Origin: Octopus sinensis
Taxonomy: Eukaryota
Direction: 5' to 3'
Assembly: GCF_006345805.1 (NCBI RefSeq)
Contig: NC_043015.1
Span: 9,176,001-9,240,000, forward strand
Length of the DNA: 64,000 nt
Shown: positions 41,371-54,689 of the stretch, piece after piece
Position numbering within the stretch: position 1 is the stretch's first letter
How the letters are laid out: every line of letters starts with the position of its first letter
Translations under genes and position numbers: made by a program
Notes under the pieces: model-generated
What the model saw: only the letters and a program-made list of their open reading frames with translations
Database searches by the model: none
Told to the model about the DNA's origin: nothing

Positions 41371-41890
41371 ATGATTGTCGCTTGTGTGGCTTGTGATGGC
41401 AAGAAGATGTTATGTATCATCTTTGAGAAAGCTGAGACACTGACAGGAATTTCTTATGCTCAGTTTTTATATGTAAAGAACTGGATTCTTTCTAGATATC
41501 CTGAGGCAAGAAACGAGGGAAATAACAAGGTTGGTAAGCACTTCGCTTCAGCAAGTTGGGGTTCCTTGTCACACAAGTGCAGGGCCTTTTTCTGCGATGA
41601 GTTTGGGAACAGATGTGGTGACAAGGACACATTGTATCCGCCACCACTTGATTTGAACTCTTTGAACTTTAGTGTCTGGAATGAATTGGTCAGAAAAGCT
41701 TGTGAAAATCTCCACAGTTACCTTCAAGCTTTCAGGAACTCCATCTGTAGAATGCAGCATGGAGACATCGATGAGGAATTCAATAAGGAAGTTTCTGGTG
41801 CAGTCGCGAAGATGTTTGAGGAAGACGAAACAAACAAACAATGCGTCTGCGCTAAATTAAAAATACAACATGGCGATAATTTACCCATCG
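41371..41890 (+). pseudogene. Tc1/mariner-superfamily transposase C-terminal remnant
   Basis: IVACVACDGKK...YPPPLDLNSLNFSVWNELVRKAC resembles the MVWAGV..DGK / WPPSSPDLNP.DFSVW.EL..KAC pattern of DDD/E transposases; catalytic motifs decayed. Confidence 0.75.
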
Positions 41891-41921
41891 GTTGTCGTAT
41901 CTATGTATGCATGTTTTTCAC

Positions 41922-41973
<52 letters not shown>

Positions 41974-41974
41974 G

Positions 41975-42765
41975 TAATTTAAAATTTAATAAGGGTAGAA
42001 ATTGTTATTAATCAATTAAAACCAGTGGCCCAGGATATTAAAGAAATCCGAAGATTAAAATATTTGTACATACAAAATTTAAAGGACTGACCACTAAAAG
42101 TGGACGGTCAACATGCTAGATATAGACGTCAAATCGCTATTTTCCACAAAGAATATGTTCTCAAATAAAAACTCAGCACACACCAAAGCATTAAAAATAA
42201 GCAAGACAGATGAAAATATACGAAATAAAAATGATTACCCATGGACCGATCAGTTTCGATTGTTAATATCCGCAAGGATAAAATGCAATCTCGTCAGCAT
42301 GGTCTGTCATATAGAAATACAATTTGCAGGACTAGATCCAAAAACGTTTGACCGGAGTCTCGCATGCATGGAGTCCAACCGATTATATTTTTGTGTATCT
42401 TTCATATGCCTTCATCGGAAATCTACCCTGCAGCTAATAAGTAACAGCAGTCAATTTACCGGTTAGAGAACATATTTATTTAATTTAAAATTTAATAACG
42501 GTAGAAATTGATATTAATCAATTAAAACCAGTGGCCCAGCATATTAAATATATCCGAAGATAAAAAATATTTTTACATACAAAATTTAAAGGACTGACCA
42601 ATAAAAGTGGACGGTCAACATGCTAGATATAGACGTCAAATCGCTATTTTCCACAAAGAATATGTTCTCAAATTATTTGAGAATGTATTCTTTGTGGAAA
42701 ATAGCGATTTGACGTCTATATCTAGCATGTTGATCGTCCACATTTAGTGGTCAGTCATTTAAACT
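41975..42765 (-). mobile_element. Non-autonomous Penelope-like element (tandem 506-bp terminal repeat plus fold-back copy)
   Basis: 41975-42166 is directly repeated at 42481-42673, followed immediately by an inverted copy 42675-42765 (centre TTCTCAAAT-T-ATTTGAGAA). HHR lies in the unique part; (TA)n on both flanks. Confidence 0.85.
42239..42302 (-). ncRNA. Minimal type I hammerhead ribozyme, intact core
   Basis: Minus strand CCATG-CTGACGA-GATTG cattt TATCC ttgc GGATA ttaa CAATC-GAAA-CTGATCG-GTC-CATGG: 5-bp stem I, 5-bp stem II with G-C closing pair and a hairpin extension, near-palindromic stem III, GUC site between 42244 and 42243. Confidence 0.9.
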
Positions 42766-42791
42766 TGTATACACATATGTATGTATTTATG

Positions 42792-42842
<51 letters not shown>

Positions 42843-45800
42843 TATATATATAATATATATATATATGCGTGTGTGTGTGTGTGAGTGTGTGTGTGTGTGT
42901 ATGTGTGCATATATAGAAACAGACACACACACACATATATTTATAAAACAATACTATATCCTTTTAATAGGAAAATTATCAAATGCTTTCACAAGAAAAT
43001 TGGTGATCCAAATGCAGATATCAAAGAAAAAGTTAAAAAGTAACATTTGTTTATCACAGTTGTCATTTGAATCATGCTTAAAATTTTCCTTTCCAAGGTA
43101 AAGTATATTTCAATTTTTGTACTGCGTTCAGAATACATGTGGCATGTTTTAGGGGTGGAGAATTCGTGGGTGTTAATTTTGTGACCATGTGTGTGTTGAA
43201 TATATTGATCGATTAGACATAAGGTTAAGTTTCCTGAAAACTTAAAACGTCTTAAAATATTTGTCAATGGAGTCCGTACATTCATTTATTTATTTAGACC
43301 CCCTTTATATTCAGTACATGTTATCTTCCTGCAAACACAAGATTTGTTTTATAATGCATTATAATGCATTCTAAATAATTACAATATTTTCTTACAAATA
43401 AGTAAATTTACACTAATCACAATGCACCGAATATGTAAAACAGAAAAAAAAATCTGCACTTTCTTTGTTATTATAGACGGCAATGTTTATGTTAAAATGC
43501 AGATATTTTATGTTGTGATTATACATAACTAAGATTGCGATATGTCTACATATATCTTCTTATCAAAGTGGTTAGAGAAACTGAAAGAAGTACTATCGGG
43601 TTACCCATCGAAGCGAATAGAATATTAAGATGAATGCAGTTTTCGTTTAGATTATGGAGATTTCTGCACTAGATTACACATGTTTGCACCAAACAACCTC
43701 TATCGATTTCGTATCCCATGGCTGTTACACTAAAAACCCTTTTATTAAACATCAAGGATTCATTAAAATTGTGAGGAATCGTACGGCTCTGGTAGAAACC
43801 ATTATTTCTTGAATGTTCTCTTAAATTATACATTTATATCTTATCTTTACTATATGTTTTGTTTTAGTTAAAGAATATAGGTGCACCTGATTTCAATTTG
43901 TTTTTCTAAAATGTTTACGTAATTGGGGTTCATATACTGTGAAACATTGCAGAACAGGAACTAAGCTATGTGTAAAAATAAACAAATAACAACATAAGAT
44001 ATCAGCCTTTCTTAACACTTAAATGCACAATGTCTGTATGGTATACTACATGTATGTATCAACTTCTATACGTACGTTTTACAACAATGCAAAGTTTAGT
44101 TTTCTATCTACAAAAAATGCATTGCGATAACCAGAATTTTTGGTGTACCAAATAAACAACGCATGATGTAAGATTTGGAGAAAAAATACTACCCATTTAA
44201 ATATATAATAAAACATTTCTTTCAGCCGAGTTCTCTTCATCAAACTTAGATATTTCCATCTCTAATTTTAATTCCTTCTTTTGGAATTAAAATCTGGAGT
44301 TGAATATAAATGGAGCTATAAATGGCATTCTAAAAGATTTTGATACGGTACATTTTTAAACTGATGATATAACTATACGATAAAGTAGAAATCAGTAAAA
44401 TCAGTTTGAATTATTAATAGCAGAATTTGAAAGATGCAAAAGGTGTGCATTTTGGGTAACATTCTATAATTCCACAAAAGCAAGAAGCAATGTGTATCAC
44501 TATATACGAGTGCATGGGTGTGTTAAAGATTTTCATCTGAAGGAGCGTTTAAGAACAAAAGCAGAATTTCCTTTGAAGTGGTATCAATGCCGACAGGAAG
44601 CACTTAATGCATATGCATACATGTTTGAGTCCGTGTGTGTGTGTGTGTGTGTAAATGTATGCATTTATGCGTTTACTTGTGTGTGAGAGAGAAGGAGGGA
44701 GAGAAAGATTGTGTGTGAGCTTGGAAACACATTACGGCAAAGTGGTGTTTATCATGAAAAATACACTAGTATTTCTTTTTAAACAAAAAATGCCCACAAA
44801 TTATTGTGAAAAATTGAATCTAAATATATTTTGCGCTGCTAATGTAATTACATATTTATAAAAGAAAAGTTTTAACTTCTGATAAACAATAGTCGCAAAA
44901 TGTATGTGAACGTATATCATTTCATGGTTTCTCATATGTCTTTGATATCGCTCTGTTACTAATTAGGAGCGTCTCGAAGGAATGTATCTTTCTGATATAT
45001 ATATATATATATATATATATTTCAGAACAGATGTTATGAGAATTTCTCTAACTAGTGCACTATCAGTGGCAGATTAGTGTTTGAATAATCAAATTAGAAA
45101 CGCGACATTAAAATTTCCAACTGGTGAAACAATCATCGGTTTCAAAAATTGCTACTGCGTTGTATATAGTGAATCGCGTTACGTGACGATATACTTATTT
45201 TTGTCTTTGAAAACTTAAGTAATATATATTATATTGGTTGCCGACATCATATTTTAATCTTTTGAGAGAATGTGAACTAATTCTTTGTAGAAATACCTAA
45301 AATCACACACATAAAGACATAAGTAATTGCTTATAATTATTTTGAAAACATTTTGGATAGAAAACAGCTAAGTCTAGTTCATGTCTGACTTTCTGCAAGT
45401 ACCAGCACTCCCTGTAGGTATGCAAGCGTTATAACACTGTTATGGTGCGTGCATGTTTAGCTCTTTTCAGAGTATTTCTATATATTGAGACGTTTTGCTG
45501 TGGTAATTCTGTTTATATCTCTTATTGGTATTGCAATATTTTTCTTGCTTACCTACAGATAAGCATTGATTGAGAAAAGGTAAAATTTCAGAACTACATA
45601 CTCCAGCTCTCATTTCCAGCAGCGTCAGCGACCTCCTTATAACCTCTATTTATTTTAGCATCATTATGCATAGGTACATAATTCCCACGAAAGGACTTTT
45701 TGAGAAGGAATTCAATGTTTAAGCTATCTCTGGGCTCTTTAGGTATTTAAAGTTCGACATTCTGAAGATAATATTTTGGTGCTAAATTTATATGCAGCGA

Positions 45801-46321
45801 TACTCAGATTTATCGTGATGGTTTCTTCCTGATGAGGGGGCAATATGTGTTTGTATATGAAACACTTAAGACGCCATTTATACATTCAAAGTACCCCAGA
45901 AACGGCCGTAGTTGGTGGGTATCCTTTACCTAAAGTTCTATATATATCTTATTTAATAATTTTTAGCAAATTTATTTAAACTTTGGAATCTCATCCGACA
46001 ATTCATATAAACAATAAATGTCTTAGTTTGGGGGATCTAAATTATGGTTGAGAATTTGCATTGATTGAATAGATTCTATAATTTCTAGTATCCTTCGATT
46101 TACCTCACATTGTGCACTTCTTGATGCAACCTATATATTGTGAAGTATAAAACCATATTTTTTAAAGAAACCTTAATACACATATATATGAATTGTGTAT
46201 TTATAAAGCACGTATATATGTATGAATGACTGTCTGCCTTTCTGTCTGCCTGTATGTATATAAGTATGTATATAAGTATTATGTATGTATGTACGTATGT
46301 ACATGTGTATGTATGTAGGTA

Positions 46322-46480
46322 TACAAGGGGCAACTGAAAAGTACCTTGCCTTGGATAAAATAAAATACAGGAATGTCAGTTAATTATGATTTTATTCAAC
46401 ATATTCACCTCTTAGATTATTTTACCTATTGCAGCGTTTCTTCCATTGTTCTAAGCTTTGTAAAAGAATTCGGAAGGTTT
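46322..46480 (+). mobile_element. Mariner-like terminal fragment
   Basis: TACAAGGGGCAACTGAAAAGTACC resembles mariner-type TIR starts, followed by GATTTTATTCAACATATTCACC. No partner TIR found. Confidence 0.4.
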
Positions 46481-47605
46481 GGTATCCAACTAGTCCTTTC
46501 GTGATAACCTTAGAGCCAGGAACTTTTAGCATATCTTCGTATTATAGAGCACGTTCATTTGTGTACGGCTCTATTCGTTTACATTATTTTATCTTCGCCG
46601 CATATATCTAACGGTATTACCTTTTCTTCGCCGCGAATGTCTAACGGTATTAGAAATATTTCTCATGAGAAAGATACTTGGACGTGAACGAAGTTTGGGA
46701 TGATAAGCTGTCAGCGTTCATATAATAATATCGTTTCCCCTTGATATGTTCTAAGGTAATAATTTGTAGATTCTGCCCCTGACTTGATACTTATCTACTT
46801 TAAGAAATGCGCAACTATTGCCGTCGTATGATTCGGTTTCTAACTTGTATTAAACAATAGGCATTGGAAGTATTTCAACATGGCTATCATATCCCAGAGA
46901 ATATTATTTACACAATTCACAGCCTTTAAAAATTTAATGTATCTAATGTGTGACAAATAAAGCTTTCGATCACTCAAAATCGACCTTTTTAAGCAATTGA
47001 ATGTCAACATTTCAATTATAAAACAACACGATTGAAATGGACCCTTTTATTTATTTTTTATTTGTTTCCTTTTGAGAGATCACTTGAAACTATCACATCG
47101 ACAATATTTTAAAGAAATTTTATGGAGATTGTTGATCTGCAAAAATTCTTTGAAGTTTGAGGAGTTTTCAAGAAACAGGTGGATAGAGGACATTTAAATA
47201 TCAAAACACTTTATTCCGTATTTAAATCCAAGGTTTTATTGTATTTAAGTACAGTGTTTCTTTTTATCATAGTTTAATTTGATATTGTCACCTTTATGAA
47301 ATGCTCACACTATTGAAGATATTTTCGGAAAAATTAAATACAGATACTTGTTCAGTATTCGTAAGATCCTCCAAGTGATTACGGCGAGTGATTTATACGT
47401 TAAAGTGGATATAACTCTGACTATCAGGGCGAGGAGTGAGGTAATGATTAAGTGGAAGAATGATACGGAGATGCGTTATCGCATACACAATGCACGCATA
47501 CATACCGCCACATTTATTCCAACACAAACACCCACCAACACGCAAAACGTACACACCAACGCACACACAATATATACTATGGCATCTACATATATAAACT
47601 TACAC

Positions 47606-47646
<41 letters not shown>

Positions 47647-47724
47647 TATATATATATGTATATATATATATATTATATATATATTACATATATACTTACA
47701 TATATACATAAGTGTATTATGCAT

Positions 47725-47975
47725 CGTCGTGGCACTCCGTTGCTTAGGACAACGAGAATTACAGTTGATCCGATAAACGGAATAGACTGCTCGTGAAATT
47801 AACGTGCAAATGACAGAGTATGACAAGGCTGTCCTTTCGAATTATAAGTACAATAGAAACAGGAAGAAAGAGTGAGAGAAAGTGGTGTTTTCGCTCAATC
47901 AACACTCACAACGCCCGGTCAGGCAATCGAAACCGCGAGTCCGCCGCCCTAATCACTCCGGCGACTGCGCCTGTA
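47725..47975 (-). mobile_element. tRNA-derived SINE family C
   Basis: Minus head GGCGCAGTCGCCGGAGTGATTAGGGCGGCGGACTCGCGGTTTCGATTGCCTGACC; body homologous to 24390-24650. Confidence 0.7.
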
Positions 47976-48202
47976 CTATGTATATATATACATTCATTTT
48001 TATGAGTCTTGATTATGCCTGCACTGACGTTTAGAAAAGAAAATGTATTTTGTACACTAAGTATGAAATATGATTTGCCGTCCAATCTGTTTTTAATAGT
48101 TCACTTCAAGAGTTGCATTCCATCACGTTCGGTATACTGTAATTATTATAGTAGTTTTGACTTTAAGAGTCCCTCGTAGCGCGAGGCATTTATGTGAAAA
48201 AA

Positions 48203-48280
48203 TGCCCTTAAACTGAATATATTTAAATGGAATAATTATAATTATTCTCTTATAAGGTTTTTCACGCTACTGTTAAAGTT

Positions 48281-48335
<55 letters not shown>

Positions 48336-48408
48336 ATATATATAATATATATATATTATATATATATATATATAATATATATGATATATATATATATTAT
48401 ATAATATA

Positions 48409-48442
<34 letters not shown>

Positions 48443-48452
48443 ATATATATAT

Positions 48453-48505
<53 letters not shown>

Positions 48506-48511
48506 ATATAG

Positions 48512-48572
<61 letters not shown>

Positions 48573-48664
48573 ATATATATATGTATATATAAACTTTAAC
48601 AAGTAGCGTGAAAAACCTTATAAGAGAATAATTTATAATTATTCCATTAATATATTCAGTTTAA

Positions 48665-48668
<4 letters not shown>
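48203..48668. repeat. Inverted ~88-bp arms enclosing a (TA)n tract
   Basis: 48203-48291 is the near-exact reverse complement of 48581-48668; about 55 bp of the right arm recurs at 49148-49202. Confidence 0.9.
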
Positions 48669-48703
<35 letters not shown>

Positions 48704-48767
48704 ATATATATATATATATTAATATATATATATTATATATATATATTATATTTATATTACTATATAT

Positions 48768-48799
<32 letters not shown>

Positions 48800-48872
48800 A
48801 TATATATATATAGTATATCTATATATATATATATATAATATCTATATAATATATATATTATATATATATAAA

Positions 48873-49098
48873 GGCGGCGAGCGGTAGAAACGTTAGCACG
48901 CCGGGCGAAATTCGTAGCCGTATTTCGTCTGTCGTTACGTTCCGAGTTCAAATTACGCCGAGGTCGACTTTGCCTTTCATCCTTTCGGGGTCGATAAATT
49001 AAGTACCATTACGCACTGGGGTCGATGTAGTCGACTTAATCCCTTTGTCTGTCCTTGTTTGTCCCCTCTGTGTTTAGCCCCTTGTGGGTAGTAAAGAA
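48873..49098 (+). mobile_element. tRNA-derived SINE family A embedded in (TA)n
   Basis: GGCGGCGAGCGGTAGAAACGTTAGCACGCCGGGCGAAA...GTTCAAATTACGCCGAGGTCGACTTTGCCTTTCATCCTTTCGGGGTCGATAAATTAAGTACC. Confidence 0.92.
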
Positions 49099-49148
<50 letters not shown>

Positions 49149-50009
49149 TATATAAACTTTAACAAGTAGCGTGAAAAACCTTATAAGAGAATAATTTATA
49201 ATATATACAGATAAATATATATATTATAATATATATATATGCGTGTGTGTGTCTGTGTGAGTGTATGTATGTTGTGTGTGTGTGTGGTATGTATTTGTGT
49301 CTGTGCTCATGTGTATATGTACTATTATAAGGTTTTTAAAAAAACTTTCTGAGGGGTGCATCTATTTTGGGGTTGTAAATTTTCATTTTCATGAAGAAAT
49401 TGCCGGGGTTCACTTAGTCAATAGTGTAAAATAGTGTAAAATGGACATTCAGCTCACTTCTCTTTTACAATATATTTATCTGTATACATCAAAAAAGTTA
49501 TATAAGGAAGTAAAATGTGGTTATATTGTTACTAAGTTTTGTGAATGGTCAGTAATTGCAATTTGCTTTTATTGATTGCATAGTTAATATTTTTGTGTAA
49601 GATTTTCAAAAGAGACGGAAACCTGCAGTGAGAGATGAATTGCAAGACACTATAGCAACACATTTCTAAAAACTTAACGAAGAAAAAAGTGACGATTAAA
49701 ATTTTAAAATTACACGGTAATTACACATAACGAAATGTTTATAATGTGCTGGATGTTTCATCTCTTAATTTCCATGCACAGAAAACGACACACACGGCGT
49801 TCACTTCGCCTCTCTCGTTATATATCATACATGAATGTGCATGTATATACAAAAATACATATATGCATTTATATATGTGCGTGTGTATCTGTATATATAT
49901 ATATATTATATATATAATATATATATATATGTCTATTTGTATATGTATATGTATATATATATATTATATATATGTCTATTTGTATATGTTATAATGTATA
50001 TATAGATAT

Positions 50010-50061
<52 letters not shown>

Positions 50062-50737
50062 GACAGAGACAGAGACATAGAGGCAGAGAGAGAGAGACGT
50101 GCATGTATGTAGGTATATGTAGTTGTATTGTGTGTGAACTATGTATTCGTGCATGTACGTGCAGTAAAACATACCTGAGTATATATCCGTAAAGACTATT
50201 TTTAATTGCCTACAAATTCGTGAAAGGTAATATAAATTAATGGTAGTTTGTGATAAGAAACTTCACGGAATATTAGTGACATTTGACATTAACTATAAAA
50301 CAAAAACCAAAAAAGAAAACGTTTGACAGAGTGCAATATTATTGCCTAATTTAATTATAATTAATTATAAATTGTAATGTTTGTCGTCTTGTATGTCTTG
50401 ATATCTTGTAGGCAATTTTATGGTTAGGCTTACTGTATTTCAATGACCTACGCTACAATGCAGATTCAGATAAGGGTTATTATATACTATTTCGCTTCTA
50501 TAAATGTAGACAATAAATAAGGAATAATATTTTTAGGATTTTCTTATCCAAAGCCTTTCCAAACGTAACTAATACTCAGTCAAGAAAACTTATACGTCAA
50601 ATTCCCATTAGAATGTGTGTGGAAATATATATAGTTATGTGTATGTGCACGTGTGTGAGCGTGCGTGTGTATACGTATGTGTGTATGTATATATAGGTGT
50701 GTTTATATATATAGGTATGTAATATATATATATATAT

Positions 50738-50768
<31 letters not shown>

Positions 50769-51342
50769 ATATATATATATACATGCATACATATATGCAT
50801 ATATACATATACTCATATATATATAAGATATATACATCTCTCTCAGTGTCTCTCAACACACGTATATATATATATATATATATGCATGCATATATATAAT
50901 ACATACATAATATATATATATAGTTATATCTACATATGCATATATATATGCACATACACACACACCTATTTTCATACACCAACCCACACCAATCCGCACA
51001 CATTAGCATGACCAATTCCCATAAAACACACACCACACCATTATGAGCACAACTACACACCATCATCCGCTCGCCGACACACCATCATCAACACACCAAT
51101 ACATTACAGACACACACTCTTATACGCGTACACATACACACGTCTAATTCATTGGCCCCTATCCACGCACTCACACACACATTCTCACATACACACATAG
51201 GCACGTGCACCGTCGTTGTGGGGTCACAAACCCTTTATCTCCCCTTTGTTCTAACTCTCTACTCAGAAATTTTTTAACAACATCGCCATGCTTGACCGCA
51301 AAGTCCTGATCTTTTGTTTTTCATTCTTTCTCTGTTTATTTT

Positions 51343-51384
51343 CTCTTATCTGTTGTAGAGCGTAGGCTCGAAACGTAGAGAGAT
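51343..51384 (+). ncRNA. Degenerate hammerhead motif in a Penelope-like terminal repeat
   Basis: CTGTTGT-A-GAGC GTAG GCTC-GAAA-C-GTA-GAGAG: intact stem II and GAAAC-GUA, but the CUGANGA box has two substitutions. Confidence 0.5.
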
Positions 51385-51469
51385 TTCTCAATTTCCTGAG
51401 CGTCAAAGTAATAGTCGTGCTTGTTGTTCAAACACCTCTCTTCGTCTATGTTTTTCTGTAAATTTCAAC

Positions 51470-51505
<36 letters not shown>

Positions 51506-51534
51506 CGTGTGTGTGTTGTGTGTTGTGTGTATTG

Positions 51535-51582
<48 letters not shown>

Positions 51583-51599
51583 TTCAATAAAGACAACAA

Positions 51600-52238
51600 C
51601 AAAACGAAAAGTGTGAGGAATATTAATGCAGTATATAGGGATCGGACAACAAGCGTAAGCCAGTGTCAATGGTGGTTCCAGAAATTCCGAGCCGAAAATT
51701 ACACCCTAGAAGGCAAACTTCATCCTGAAAGATCTGTAGAGCTCAACGAGAGCTGTTGAGGAACTAGCAGAGAAGCTTAGATTTTGTCATTCAACCATTC
51801 GTCGAAACATGCATGCCATCGAAAAACGACCATTTTTTATTTCAAGAGGAAAGTTGTTCTTCAACAGGATAATCCTCAGATATATAGAGGGAGGATGACA
51901 TTTCAAAAGCTTGAGCAGTTTGAATGCAAAGCTATGCACCACCCACCATATTCACCGGATGTTTTCCCCATCTGATTATCATTTATTACGTAATCTTGAA
52001 AACCATTTGAACACAACAGATATGAACTCTATAGACAAGTTTCAAACAGTTATGCAGGAGAATATTTCGTCTCAGAAAACTGAATTTTGGGGGCCTTGCA
52101 AGTCTACGAGATAGTTGGAAGAGCATGGTAGAAAATGAAGGAAAATATATTTTAGGAAAAAAAGAGCTTTCTGTTAATTTTGAAAATTGAAGAAATACAA
52201 ATAAAACACAGCATTATTTATGGCTTGACCCAATATAA
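51600..52238 (+). pseudogene. Internally deleted mariner transposase with right TIR
   Basis: QWWFQKFRAENYTLE, KVVLQQDN, HHPPYSPD.../PSDYHLLRNLENHL; terminal GCATTATTTATGGCTTGACCCAATA followed by TA. Confidence 0.85.
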
Positions 52239-54607
52239 ATAAATTCAGTCCACCATTTATGGATCGACCTAATTCGGTTGTTTTTAATCGATTCATATAT
52301 TTAGTTGACTACAGCTATGCAATAATGAAATAAATTTTACTCATTGTTCATTTCTCCTATTTGTAATTTATGTATGTCTATTTAAATACGGAGCAAATAA
52401 TTCATGAGAAAATATTTGCGAGGATATTTTGAATCAAGTGTAACAAATGAAAATGATAATAACAAAAACAATAATATAGGTGATTGCAGGCCTCAAAAAA
52501 GCATTAAATAGCTGAAGGACTAAGAGTAATCAAAGGACATACTAAGTATGTCTACCTGCTAGAAATAAGAGTAACATGTCTTATTTTAATCGCCGGAAAA
52601 ATCACTCATAATAACTAAATATATCAACAGTCTGCGGACAAACTGGCAAAGAAAAGATCTATCAACATGTTTAAATGCGATTTAAACAAGAGATTTGATT
52701 GTTATTTCCTGCGGTTAGACATACTTAAAATGTCCTGCGATTAATTTTACACGTTTATTTATAATTTATGTCTACATATCTGCGTGTGTGTGTGTGTCCG
52801 TGCTTGCGTGTAAGTAATGTTTACAGTTACTTAAATATGGCTGTTCTGTAAGAACCGACGTTACTGCAGTTTGAACCCCAGAGGGACGCCTCTTACAGCT
52901 GGCTATTCAATGCAATTTGCACCCGATATACAGTTTCGGTATTTTCCTGGTCATTCTTGGGACTTGCCTTTACAGATAGCAGTACTTCACTCTAGCTAGA
53001 AATATATATAGCAATCAAGTCACAGACAGTCACCGATCTTGCAACAAGGAAATCAATTATTTAGAAAATTACTATAACAGACGAAAGCAATAACTATACT
53101 GAGAAGTAATGTCTACCGTCACATAATATAAGTCTAGCAAATCTACTATCCATGCTTTGAGTGGCCGAGGTGCTATGCAATGAGATTGAACCCTGTAGCA
53201 TATGTTGGGAAACAGGCTTCTTACCTTACAGACATGCCTGCGCCTATATTAACAAAAAAGTATCCAGGAATTATCGATGACACCCCACATATTTACAAAA
53301 ATAATATCAAAGATGTATTTATAATTGCAGACGTCTACTTCGTTATCGCTTTATATGGTACCAACTATAAATTAGAAATTCATGTCACTACGGCGATCCA
53401 CGAAGAGCAATTACTATTTTGTATGACTGGTATTCTGTGAAGATAGTAGAAAACATACGTGCGCATATTGATTCTGACCAGTGTTACCCTATTTTCATGA
53501 CCATCAGCATAAAGCTTCTTAAGGACAACGCTAGTGATTTTAGAATCAATAATATCGAAAGGATTAATAAAACATCTACTTTATTTTACTGGACGCAGTG
53601 GAATCAGTAATTAACGTATGGATACTTCCCAATGGCGCGTGAGAAGTTTCGGAATGAAAATGAGATTGTGGGTTACCACGACTCAGGCTAGAGTCACAGA
53701 TCACCAGCATCTCTGTATACCGACAATGTATAATTACACAAATTTTTACACCTCAACTAATACACAATCGATGTCAAATTTGTTGTTCACTATTCCAGGC
53801 TCGATAAATTAAATATTTAACCTATTAAAAAGTTCGATAAAAGGTTGCTCACATCGATCCTAGTAGCTAAATCGCATTTAATTTATAGACTGTTTGGAAT
53901 TTATAGGCCATGAAAACACGGAAACCAATCCTTATGTATCGGCATTACTCGAAAAGGTATCTTTTTCTTTTTTTTTATTGAACAATTGGGTTTGTTTACT
54001 AGATTTAATTCCTGTAATAACATGACCTGAAAACGTGGGGTGGGGGTATGTCGATTACATTGGCCCCTAGGGTTCAAAAAAATGTAACGCAATGTAGAAC
54101 TATGTAGAATATGAATTCAGAAAGCGCAACCGGAAGAAGTACCGCTAAGCAATTTTTACGGCACACTAACAAATCTGTTAGATTGCACACCAGGACTAAA
54201 ACTGTGTTATTCGATTATATCGCCCCTAGTGCTTAACTCGTATTTGCCTTCTCGAGCAGGAATTTATAATGCGAACTTAAAGATGGATGAAAGGCCGCTA
54301 AGCATTTATTTTTACGAGCCCGAATCACCTTATTGCCTATGATTATAATGGTTTCATACTTTGGCCAAAAAAACTAACAATTTTAACGGAGTGGAATTGG
54401 ATTAAATATAGTCATAGTGTTCAACTGGAACGTATTTTATAACGCGAGAAGATGAAAAGCAAATGTGATCTCGACCGTATTTGATCTTAGAACGTAAAGA
54501 CTGTCTAAAGGGCGCTAAAATCTGCTCTGGCATGGTAACTATTATGCGAAGTAATTGTCTTGTGAATAATAATAATAATAATGATTAAAAAAAAATAATA
54601 ATAATAA

Positions 54608-54638
<31 letters not shown>

Positions 54639-54689
54639 AAGAAGAAGAAGAAGAAGAAGAAAACAATAATAATAAGAAAACAACAAAAC

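Noticed and set aside
44361-44410. CTGATGA...GAAA spacing
   Set aside because: No credible stem II or III; the local inverted repeat pairs the core itself.
45553-45650. Minus-strand open frame ending at a TAG/GTAAGC donor
   Set aside because: Stop codon immediately upstream, poor acceptor, unrecognised peptide.
45829-45875. CTGATGA-GGGGG...GAAACACTTAAG
   Set aside because: No closing stem II pair and no NUH/stem I arrangement.
52918-52965. Minus-strand CCCAAGA...CCGAAACTGTATATC-GGG hammerhead-like motif
   Set aside because: CUGANGA box not present and stem II weak.
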